This document shows, in pieces, positions 18,350-26,265 of a stretch of 64,000 nt of DNA (position 1 is its first letter; each line of letters opens with the position of its first letter). The DNA lies in IMG/VR virus record IMGVR_UViG_3300036984_000039, positions 1 through 64,000 of that record. One strand, 5' to 3'. The stretch comes from a virus (lineage: Duplodnaviria; Caudoviricetes). The notes beneath the pieces were generated by a model. That model saw only the letters and a list, made by a program, of their open reading frames with translations. It did no database searches and was not told where the DNA came from. The position numbers and the translations under genes are program-made.

Positions 18350-18450
18350 ACCTGGGCGTCGATTGCTGCGATAAGCCGTCCCTGCCTGTGGTCGGAACGC
18401 ATTTCGTTACACAGGCAGAGCGGCGCCAGCAAAGCGGGTTCTGCAGCCCG

Positions 18451-19437
18451 CTAGTTGCCTCTGAAAACGAACGGCAGATACAGCCGCCATACCTGCGGCG
18501 GTGCCTCGCGATACTGGATGTTGTAGTCTCTGCATCCTGCGAGGTCTCCCGTCATGTACACCTCGGCCATCACGTCGCCGTCGAACGCTATGTCATCCCA
18601 GACTGCTTCGAGTTTGCCGTTGCCTATGCTGGCAAACTTCGTCCACTCCCCGGTAGCGTCTTGCCGATAGAGCAGGATCACGGGATAGACGCCCGGAGCG
18701 CCAATGGCTGACAGCGTCCTCGTGTACCCCGGCGAGTGCACGAGCCGGAAGACGTCTACGAAGTCGCCCTGCATGTTTGTGCTGTCATCTTGAGGCACGC
18801 CGGGATACAGCGCCACGGCGGTGCTGGCCGTGTCGTTCGGCTCCCGCTCCGCGCCGGCGCATAGCGCACGCGGGAGCGTCGGACGTGCGCCCGTGATGGT
18901 GCCGCCGACTCCGCCAGCCTGCCAGCGGATCGCGCCACCCTCGTGGGTGCCGCGATACACCACCCCGAACATGCGCACAGACTCCGAGCCGATCGGTAGC
19001 AGTTTCAGCGCCGGGCCAGCGACTGTCCAGGTCATCGGCCCGTTGACTTCGGTCACGGCGGCGGTATCAGTCCACAGAATAAGCGCAGGCGCGGCGCTGG
19101 TGCGTAGGGTGTACAGGAAACCAGTGTAGCGTTCCCCCGCAACCTCGAACATGTTCGGGCCGCTCAGATATTCCAGCGTCGGGGTAATGCCCGGCGTCGG
19201 CCAGGCCACCGGCCGCAGACTCAGACTGCTCGACGCACTCAGTGTGCGCAGGCCAACCGCGTTCGGCGGCGGGGTCGGCGTGCATTCCGGTATCGTTATG
19301 CCGGCTGGTGCGTTAGCACTTGTGAAGGCATGGGAGCTTTCGACACGATCTGCTGGCGGGGTCTTGGCCGACCCCGCCATTGTCGTTACTGGTACGGCCA
19401 CCAGCATGAGAGCCAATATTGCCACGATAATCCCCAT
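18451..19437 (-). CDS. Secreted protein with a PPC-like domain and a Chloroflexota-type C-terminal motif
   Basis: Signal peptide, PTP linkers, EREPNDTASTA, C-terminal RLYLPFVFRGN. Confidence 0.75.
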   Translation of the reverse strand: MGIIVAILALMLVAVPVTTMAGSAKTPPADRVESSHAFTSANAPAGITIPECTPTPPPNAVGLRTLSASSSLSLRPVAWPTPGITPTLEYLSGPNMFEVAGERYTGFLYTLRTSAAPALILWTDTAAVTEVNGPMTWTVAGPALKLLPIGSESVRMFGVVYRGTHEGGAIRWQAGGVGGTITGARPTLPRALCAGAEREPNDTASTAVALYPGVPQDDSTNMQGDFVDVFRLVHSPGYTRTLSAIGAPGVYPVILLYRQDATGEWTKFASIGNGKLEAVWDDIAFDGDVMAEVYMTGDLAGCRDYNIQYREAPPQVWRLYLPFVFRGN

Positions 19438-19697
19438 TATTCACCTCCGAGAATGGATTCAATGCGCCCCTCGATACTGGCGCAACGTACCCGTAAAACA
19501 TTGTCATTACCAGCGCGTAGGGACAGGGCCGCGACATCGGCCTGCCAGGCGCGCAAGCCGTTCTCAAGCTGCAAGACGCGCGCCTGTGCGTCGAGCAGTT
19601 TCCCCGCGTAGCGGTTGGCCTCCAAGTGCGTTTTCGCTACCTCATTCCGCAGGTCGGCCACCTGCTGGCGACACTGTTCCAAGTCCTCTTGAGCCAT
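19437..19697 (-). CDS. Coiled-coil hypothetical protein
   Basis: AGGAGG RBS; heptad pattern; TAATG coupling to the next gene. Confidence 0.65.
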   Translation of the reverse strand: MAQEDLEQCRQQVADLRNEVAKTHLEANRYAGKLLDAQARVLQLENGLRAWQADVAALSLRAGNDNVLRVRCASIEGRIESILGGE

Positions 19698-19790
19698 AAG
19701 CCTCCTATATGAACCAACCACTGCTGACGTTCAGCTTTACCGGCTGCGCGATGCCCGCCGCGGTCACCGCGTCTACGGGCGCGGGTTTGG

Positions 19791-20570
19791 TTACAGACTT
19801 GGGCATGAAGCTCCTTCTAAGGTCAGCAGCGGGCCAACCGTTTGCGTTAGATACTCTTGGCACAAGTCAACGCCGATGCCGCGTCGCCCGTTCGCCTCGG
19901 CAACGTGCACGGTCGTTCCTGAGCCGACGTAGGGATCAAGCACGGTGTCACCAACAAACGAGTACAGTTTCATCAAGCGCCGCGGAATCTCGGCGGGAAA
20001 CGGCGCGGGGTGCCAGGAAGCCGACACCGGCTTGATCGTCCATACCGAACGTGTCCACTCCAGAAACTCGTCGCGTGTAATATCGTTCTCACCAGGGCCG
20101 CGCCCGGACGTGCCTTTGTGCGCTACGATGATTTCCTCATGCCCATCGCGCAGACTCGGATCGCTGGCGGATTGCCATGATCCCCAGGCCGTACCGTTGT
20201 TTTGATTCGCCAAGCCCATTTTGGCCCAAATGATATGCCCGCGCAACTCAAAGCCCGCCGTCTGCAAGGCCAGTGTCGTATGCGCGCCGATAGGTTTATA
20301 GCCTCCCGGCAATGAGGGTCGGTCGTAACCCATCGGCACGTTGACGGCGATACGTCCACCGTCGCAGAGCACCCGGTAACACTCCCGCCACGCTAGGAGC
20401 ATATCGGCAAGGTACGCGTCATAGGTCGGCCATGACGCGTATTCCTCTTTGGCGTTGTAGTAGGGCGGACTCGTAATAACAAGCTGGACACTACCTGGCG
20501 CGATTTGATCCAGGTCGCGTGCGTCGCCCTGCCAGAACTCACTATGCTCAGACCGATAGTGCAAACGCAT
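19791..20570 (-). CDS. DNA methyltransferase, N4C/N6A beta class
   Basis: ITSPPYY, HPAPFP, VLDPYVGSGTT. Confidence 0.92.
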   Translation of the reverse strand: MRLHYRSEHSEFWQGDARDLDQIAPGSVQLVITSPPYYNAKEEYASWPTYDAYLADMLLAWRECYRVLCDGGRIAVNVPMGYDRPSLPGGYKPIGAHTTLALQTAGFELRGHIIWAKMGLANQNNGTAWGSWQSASDPSLRDGHEEIIVAHKGTSGRGPGENDITRDEFLEWTRSVWTIKPVSASWHPAPFPAEIPRRLMKLYSFVGDTVLDPYVGSGTTVHVAEANGRRGIGVDLCQEYLTQTVGPLLTLEGASCPSL

Positions 20571-22621
20571 TATGTCACATCTCCTACCTGGAAGTGCGGC
20601 GCGTCCAGGAATTGCCGAAACGTACCGGTCGGGCCAAGCGTGTTTTTGTCAAGGCGCACGTCGATGACGCCTTCGTGGTTCTTGTCGGGATGTAACAGGA
20701 TCACGACGTTCGCCTTGTCAGTCTTTTGCCCTGAACCGCGAATCGCGCCGCGATCCAACTCGCTGAAACTGACGTTTTTGCCGTATTTAGTGAATTGACT
20801 TAGCGCCAGCAAAGGCACTTCATGCTGCTCCGACCAGCTTTTTAGCATCTCAACATCGGCGGCTTCGCGCTTCTCGCCATCCGAACCATAGGCTTTGAGT
20901 TGCGCGGCAGCCGGCGCGGCTTTCTCCAGGTAGTCGATAATCACGGCGTCACATTGCCCGGCAGCGCGCAAGGGAGCCAGCGCGCGCAAGACTAACTCCA
21001 ACGACTGCCCTGGTGTATGCAGGTACGTGATCTCGCCGGGCCAGGCCAACAGGCGCGCCTTGGCTTCTTCCAGCGCGTAGAATTCGGTCGGCGTCAATTC
21101 ACCCGCCAGCTTGAGGCGGCGGCGTGCGATGGCCGTGTGGCGCGCGGCGCGCCGATCCAGCATGATGATCTTGCTCAACTCGAAGTGCACGAAGACGACA
21201 TGATGACCGTGATGCGCCCAATGCTCGGCAATGCACTCAGCGTAAGAACTGTTATGCGTTACGGTCATGTCGCCTAACAAGAAAAGCCCATCGCCATCTA
21301 GTGTAAATCCAAAGAAGTCATCAACTCCGGCTTCATCAACCGTAATACCTGTTACGCGCCAATCTTTATTAATCGTGCGTGCCGCAGGTATTTTGCGCGC
21401 TACGCGCAGCGGAATGCGCGTTACGTCGCCACCTATCATGACGCGCCATACCGTGCAGCTAAAGTCACGCGCCTTGATCGTGGCTTGTTTTGCGGCGATA
21501 TGCGTGCGAAAGCCTAACGAATCAGCCAGGAACTTGATCTGACGCGCCAGATACTCGCGCTTTTGCGTAATCTCGAAGCCCTTACGAGCGTAGCTACCAT
21601 CGCTGTCCAGCAGACCGGCTAATAAGCGCAGACGCACATCGGCACTGTTATACAGGTATTGCGGCGGAATATGCTTATTGTCAAGCACGCCTAATTCACC
21701 CAACTTGCGCGTCGGCGTATTAGCGTTGCGTTTTTCACCACCGCCGCGCCCGTTTGATATCGTGATTTTCCAGCACGTATCGCGGTCGTTGTTGGATGTG
21801 ACCTTGATGCCGCAATCCATAGTAGTTGCGAAGGCGCGCAACCACTCGATAATCTCGTAATCCGGATTGTAGATAGTTGATGTTTTGCTCGCACCATCAC
21901 CCAACCATAAGCCCAAAAAGTAGGGATCGAGCGGAACGTCTTGGGTGGGAAACTCAACCGGGACTTTATACCCCTGGATATAGCGTTGCAGATAGCCATG
22001 CTTCAACTGACGTACTTCATTCACCGTCATTTCAACGAGTGTCTTAGAGCCGTCCTCATTGCGCCGTAATAGTGCCAGAACATGGTTACCATTGACCTGA
22101 TAGTCCATACCAGCGGTTTGACGTATCCAGTACATAGGTTCGCGACCACGACTGAGTGACAGGATGCGCCGCGCCTTAGAATCCGGCCCTAATAGCACGT
22201 CACCCACTTGTAGGGTTTCAACAGGCCGTATCGTGCCGTCGAACATCAGCACTGGCGTACCGCGGCCTAAGCACTTGCCGCTACCATCCGGCCCGGCCAG
22301 GATTGCCAGGATGCCCGCCTCAGCCGGATCAATGAAGTTATTCCAGCTTGTCCAGGGCCAGTTGAAGGACAGGCGTTCTTCCGGTGGCAGCTTGGACAAC
22401 GCCACGCGGCGCGCAATCTCCTGCGCGTAAAGCTCGAAGCTCTGCGGCCAAGTCATCACGGCGCTGCTATTATCATCCGGGCGTAGTTTGCCAGTCTTGG
22501 CGGTCAGCCAGTCGTAGATGGCCTCCGGCGCTTCGAGCGCATACGTGCGCCGATACAACTCCTGGGCAATCTGCATCCACTGTTCGTGACGCGGATCTTC
22601 AAAGAAGGATGTGCTATCCAT
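20570..22621 (-). CDS. dnaB: DnaB-like replicative helicase with an intein
   Basis: Walker A GPDGSGK|S, IIDYL, LSQF, IRGSG, KN motifs. Confidence 0.88.
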   Translation of the reverse strand: MDSTSFFEDPRHEQWMQIAQELYRRTYALEAPEAIYDWLTAKTGKLRPDDNSSAVMTWPQSFELYAQEIARRVALSKLPPEERLSFNWPWTSWNNFIDPAEAGILAILAGPDGSGKCLGRGTPVLMFDGTIRPVETLQVGDVLLGPDSKARRILSLSRGREPMYWIRQTAGMDYQVNGNHVLALLRRNEDGSKTLVEMTVNEVRQLKHGYLQRYIQGYKVPVEFPTQDVPLDPYFLGLWLGDGASKTSTIYNPDYEIIEWLRAFATTMDCGIKVTSNNDRDTCWKITISNGRGGGEKRNANTPTRKLGELGVLDNKHIPPQYLYNSADVRLRLLAGLLDSDGSYARKGFEITQKREYLARQIKFLADSLGFRTHIAAKQATIKARDFSCTVWRVMIGGDVTRIPLRVARKIPAARTINKDWRVTGITVDEAGVDDFFGFTLDGDGLFLLGDMTVTHNSSYAECIAEHWAHHGHHVVFVHFELSKIIMLDRRAARHTAIARRRLKLAGELTPTEFYALEEAKARLLAWPGEITYLHTPGQSLELVLRALAPLRAAGQCDAVIIDYLEKAAPAAAQLKAYGSDGEKREAADVEMLKSWSEQHEVPLLALSQFTKYGKNVSFSELDRGAIRGSGQKTDKANVVILLHPDKNHEGVIDVRLDKNTLGPTGTFRQFLDAPHFQVGDVT
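21251..22273 (-). mobile_element. Intein with LAGLIDADG homing endonuclease (341 aa)
   Basis: Begins CLGRGTPVLMFDG and ends VTHN followed by Ser; LGLWLGDG and LAGLLDSDG blocks. Confidence 0.95.
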
Positions 22622-23556
22622 TATGTCGTGACCTCAACAGGGTCACTATCGCCAAATACAACCTTGAAGGTCGCAGGTTTAGCGTGCTGCCCGTTGCGCC
22701 CGTTGCGCTTATTTAGCTGCTCAAGAGCGAAAGCCGCGAATTGCTCAGGTGTGCCGCCGCCGTCCTTGCCGCGCCAATCTTTAGCCCATTTAGGTTCTAA
22801 ATCAAGTATCTGTTGCTCGGTCTGGTATTTCTTCGTCTTCCACAAGGCATCCGCATATTGGTGCGCCTCGTTTTTTAGACGTGTACCCATAGGCGTATCT
22901 AAAATATCGTCAACCAATTGGCGCTTACCGATAATGTCCAAGATGATGTTTGCTAACGTCGTGCGTATCTCCGGTGGACAACTTAGATTTAGTTCTCGCA
23001 TGGCAGCGGCCTCGCGCCGGCCTGCGGACGCTGATGGTATGGTGTAAAAAGCAGCGGGCGATTCTTCTTTCTCCCTACTCTCTTCTCTCATTGCAGGTGA
23101 GGTACTGTTCGGTACGGTACTGTACGGTACTGTTAATGGTAAAACGGACGCATTCGTTATGCTTTCGTTATGCATAACGGGAGCGTTACGTGCGCGCCAC
23201 TCCTGCGTACGTTTCACGTTCTCTTTGCGCTTGTCCATAAGCTTCCCGGCGTACTCATACCAGTCATGGACAAGTAGCTCCCCGTCGTCTGTGCGCTCAA
23301 GAAATCCGGGCTTTCCAGACTTGCCGCAGGTCAGGAAGGCGGCAATCAAGTCGCCTTCGCCATCCCAGGCCGCGGCGTCTGCGATTTCTTCCGTGTCGTA
23401 TCCGGTCAGGTCGCCGTCTTGTGCGTGATCCAGACACCACCACCACAGGCAATGCAGATGACCGAGCACCTGCGCAACATGGATACCGAGTAGACGCGCG
23501 GCCTTTTTCGTCTTTGGGTGGTCGCGCAATTCCTGGTGACTTTCGATCCATGCCAT
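22621..23556 (-). CDS. Phage replication initiator (replisome organiser-like)
   Basis: MAWIESHQELRDHPKT...LWWW...HDWYEY N-terminus; lies upstream of the helicase. Confidence 0.75.
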   Translation of the reverse strand: MAWIESHQELRDHPKTKKAARLLGIHVAQVLGHLHCLWWWCLDHAQDGDLTGYDTEEIADAAAWDGEGDLIAAFLTCGKSGKPGFLERTDDGELLVHDWYEYAGKLMDKRKENVKRTQEWRARNAPVMHNESITNASVLPLTVPYSTVPNSTSPAMREESREKEESPAAFYTIPSASAGRREAAAMRELNLSCPPEIRTTLANIILDIIGKRQLVDDILDTPMGTRLKNEAHQYADALWKTKKYQTEQQILDLEPKWAKDWRGKDGGGTPEQFAAFALEQLNKRNGRNGQHAKPATFKVVFGDSDPVEVTT

Positions 23557-23558
23557 AG

Positions 23559-24149
23559 TTACGCCTCTTGCGCGCTTTTTGTCGCTTCTTGCCAGCGGTG
23601 CTGCCATTCCATGCCCAGGCACGTCCCGGTATAATACTGTGCTACGGGGCGTAACAATCTGACAAGGGCGGGCGATCTTTGGTGATATTCGGATGCGCGC
23701 TTAGTTTGCTCAGCTTCCCGGATAATGAACTCACCGTTTTCGTCCAGACGTGCAACAAGCGACCACCCAAACTCGGCAAGAGAACGTAAGGCAACCGGGG
23801 TAAATTCCGGGGCAATGACTACGCATTGCACGCCATCTTCTCCGTGCAGCCAACGCGCCTGTTCGATGCTCCAACCAATATCAAGACACAGATTGGCAAA
23901 TACATCCTGCACGGCATTCCGGTAGCGCATCACCTGTTCGACTACTTTTGCTGTTGTTGTGACGGCTTTCAGTTCAATGACAAGTGGACGATTGCTGATA
24001 ACGCCCAGGACGTCGATGATCCCGGTTTCACAGCGCACTTGAGAACCGAGCAACTTGACGTTTTGCAGAGATGGACACCACTGAGAAAGGCCGTCCTCAA
24101 GATGTCTTTCGACGTAGGCTTGCAATTGCGCTTCGGTGTATGGACGCAC
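23559..24149 (-). CDS. PD-(D/E)xK endonuclease, NucS C-terminal-like
   Basis: EAQLQAY...GIIDVLG..LVIELKA...QVMRY. Confidence 0.7.
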   Translation of the reverse strand: MRPYTEAQLQAYVERHLEDGLSQWCPSLQNVKLLGSQVRCETGIIDVLGVISNRPLVIELKAVTTTAKVVEQVMRYRNAVQDVFANLCLDIGWSIEQARWLHGEDGVQCVVIAPEFTPVALRSLAEFGWSLVARLDENGEFIIREAEQTKRASEYHQRSPALVRLLRPVAQYYTGTCLGMEWQHRWQEATKSAQEA

Positions 24150-24150
24150 G

Positions 24151-24369
24151 TTACGCCTCGGCTTCTTGCTGCGTCTCGGCAGGTTCGGTCGGCGTCTGCA
24201 TCGCGGCAAGCGCGCCTACTGACTGCTTCCAGATACGACGATGCTCGCCACCTGGAATACGAAAGCCGCTTAGCTTCCCTTCGTCAAACAACCTGCGGAT
24301 GGTAGCAGGCGAGACGTTGAGACGCTCGGCGGCCTCTTGTACCGTGTAATACGTTTTGTTCGCGTTCAT
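24151..24369 (-). CDS. Excisionase-type HTH protein, likely leaderless
   Basis: YTVQEAAERLNVSPATIRR...GGEHRRI; promoter at 24377-24405. Confidence 0.85.
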   Translation of the reverse strand: MNANKTYYTVQEAAERLNVSPATIRRLFDEGKLSGFRIPGGEHRRIWKQSVGALAAMQTPTEPAETQQEAEA

Positions 24370-24376
24370 GTTTCCC

Positions 24377-24405
24377 ATCTTACTACAAGCTGCTTAGATT
24401 GTCAA
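24377..24405 (-). promoter_or_regulatory. Sigma70 promoter TTGACA-17-TAAGAT (replication operon)
   Basis: Direct match to consensus. Confidence 0.75.
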
Positions 24406-24421
24406 ATCGCGGCATTGCGCA

Positions 24422-24658
24422 TCACGGCAGCAGACTCAACTGCGTAGCGGCCTTCGTGACCAGCGGCACGTCCTCCAGGCGCTTGTTTTGCTTGGCAAGT
24501 TGGGCGCGCAGCGGCGTGTGCGGCAGCCACACTATCGGCTGCTCGGCCCACCAGTCGCAGGCCAGGCAGTACCAGGCGATTAGCTGCGAGCCGTTACTGG
24601 TGATCTGGCGACGGAGAACGGAATCACCATGACAGCGGGCGCAAGTTGGGCGGTTCAT
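24422..24658 (-). CDS. Zn-ribbon hypothetical protein
   Basis: CARC...CLAC; ATGA coupled to the primase. Confidence 0.6.
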   Translation of the reverse strand: MNRPTCARCHGDSVLRRQITSNGSQLIAWYCLACDWWAEQPIVWLPHTPLRAQLAKQNKRLEDVPLVTKAATQLSLLP

Positions 24659-25560
24659 CGCTGCCAGCCGTGCTGCTGTGCTAACGCAAACAGCGAACCG
24701 ATGCCGACGCGGCCCGTCGCATTGCCATTGACGTTGAAGTAGTTCTGCCACATGCGTTCGACCTCGCCGGGCTTGCCATCGGCCCAGGCCAGCGCCATCG
24801 GCAGGCCGCTGGACGGGAACTCTGAATGCAACGCCATCAGCACGGCCAGCCACTCATCGTAGCCGATCTGCCATGCGGGAATCTTTTGCAGAGCCGCCAT
24901 GACCTCCGCTTCATCGGCATTGCCGGGCGGGTAGGTGTGCGTGACGTGCTGCTTGGCTTGCAGGCCGGAAAGCTGGTAACGGGCGATCAAGTCCTTGACC
25001 AACGCTAGCGGCAATTCTCCGCCTAGCCACTCCATTTCGCAGGCGTTCGGCTTACCGCCATACCAGAAGCGCACGGCGTCACGACACGCGCTGTCGGCGT
25101 CACCGAATAGCCACAGTAGCGCCGTTGCGGCCAGGATGTAGTTTTTAGCCTGCTGGATCGGCTGATCGAGTAGGAAAACGACGCGGGCACGCGGTGCATC
25201 CGGGGTATGACTCATGGTGGTGTAGAGCAGGGCGGCGTGACGGGCGATAAAAGGTTCCTGCTTGAGTGCTACGATGGTGGAACGGGCGTCTTTGGTGTCA
25301 AAGTCCAGACCTATCGCTTGACCGAGTATGAAGTTCTTGCCGACGCGCCAGTGGTTGGCGTGCCAAACGGTGTATGGGTGCCCGGTGTAGATCAGGTCAG
25401 CTAATGCCAGTTGGGTGACTTCGCGGTTCTCGAATGCGCCATTGAAAGCGCGCCAGGTGGGGTCATTCGGGGGAAGGTCGCTTTGCCGGGGGATTTTCGC
25501 CGGCGTGATCGGGCCAACGGCGATCTTATACGTGGCGTCAAGGATGCGATCTGTAACCAT
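24655..25560 (-). CDS. Prim-pol-type primase with a C-terminal PriCT-2 domain
   Basis: GLDFD, YTTMSH, RARVVF; YDEWLAVLMALH...IGSLFALAQQHGW. Confidence 0.82.
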   Translation of the reverse strand: MVTDRILDATYKIAVGPITPAKIPRQSDLPPNDPTWRAFNGAFENREVTQLALADLIYTGHPYTVWHANHWRVGKNFILGQAIGLDFDTKDARSTIVALKQEPFIARHAALLYTTMSHTPDAPRARVVFLLDQPIQQAKNYILAATALLWLFGDADSACRDAVRFWYGGKPNACEMEWLGGELPLALVKDLIARYQLSGLQAKQHVTHTYPPGNADEAEVMAALQKIPAWQIGYDEWLAVLMALHSEFPSSGLPMALAWADGKPGEVERMWQNYFNVNGNATGRVGIGSLFALAQQHGWQR

Positions 25561-25569
25561 TGTAGCCGC

Positions 25570-25731
25570 CTTAAATATAAACCCGCTCTGCGTAGAGGGT
25601 GTCCAGGGTGAAGGCGAGCATCGCGCTTGGCAAGCGCAAAGTCCCCGACACCCGCTACGCACAGCGGGTCTATATGCTCGCCTTCACCATATCGCCTACA
25701 GTGGACTACCGGGTTGCCACGCCCGCCACTG
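25570..25731 (-). ncRNA. Structured leader RNA, C4/CI-like antisense switch
   Basis: 15-bp perfect inverted repeat (25607-25621 / 25674-25688) interleaved with a ~30-bp inverted repeat (25575-25607 / 25643-25675). Confidence 0.65.
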
Positions 25732-25737
25732 ATTATC

Positions 25738-25766
25738 ATTCTAGCGCGAGTCGCGCCGTTTGTCAA
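25738..25766 (-). promoter_or_regulatory. Sigma70 promoter TTGACA-17-TAGAAT
   Basis: Direct match, with TG/GC context before -10. Confidence 0.8.
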
Positions 25767-25773
25767 GACTTGG

Positions 25774-26265
25774 CTAGAAGCCCAGGTCGGCGGCGTCCAT
25801 CATGCGCTGTTCGCGCCAGTCCTCGCGCTGCGCGTATTCGGCCAGGCGCAACAACATGCGCAGTTCATCCACACGAATCTTTGCCAGGGCGAGGTCGCAT
25901 TCGGTTTCGGCGGTGTAGATGGCCGCTAACTGCTCGCGCTCACGTGCAATGGCCGTACCCGCGCGCATCGTCGCTTTGCGCTCAGTCTCATTACTACCGG
26001 GCCATACCTGCGCCTCAGCGTCCTTCAACGCGACGCGCGCCTGAGCCAGTAGCGATGCGGCGTTCATTGCATTGGCGGTCGCGCGGTAGAGTTCGCGATA
26101 GGCCGCGCGCAGATCGGCGGCGGTGGCTGGCGCTTCCGGCGTCGGCGGCGTGGTCGATTCGATGGGCGGCTGCGCGCCGACCTCGGATTCCGACAACGGA
26201 TCGCACGCATCCAGATCATCCCTTCCCATACTTCGCGCCAGCGCCGCGACTAGATCATTGGTCAT
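25774..26265 (-). CDS. Helical hypothetical protein
   Basis: GGAGG RBS; GSNETERKA motif. Confidence 0.6.
   Translation of the reverse strand: MTNDLVAALARSMGRDDLDACDPLSESEVGAQPPIESTTPPTPEAPATAADLRAAYRELYRATANAMNAASLLAQARVALKDAEAQVWPGSNETERKATMRAGTAIAREREQLAAIYTAETECDLALAKIRVDELRMLLRLAEYAQREDWREQRMMDAADLGF

Noticed and set aside
23100-23135. GTAC-rich repeats in the initiator gene as origin iterons
   Set aside because: Explained by the low-complexity TVPYSTVPNST linker; an origin role is possible but unsupported.
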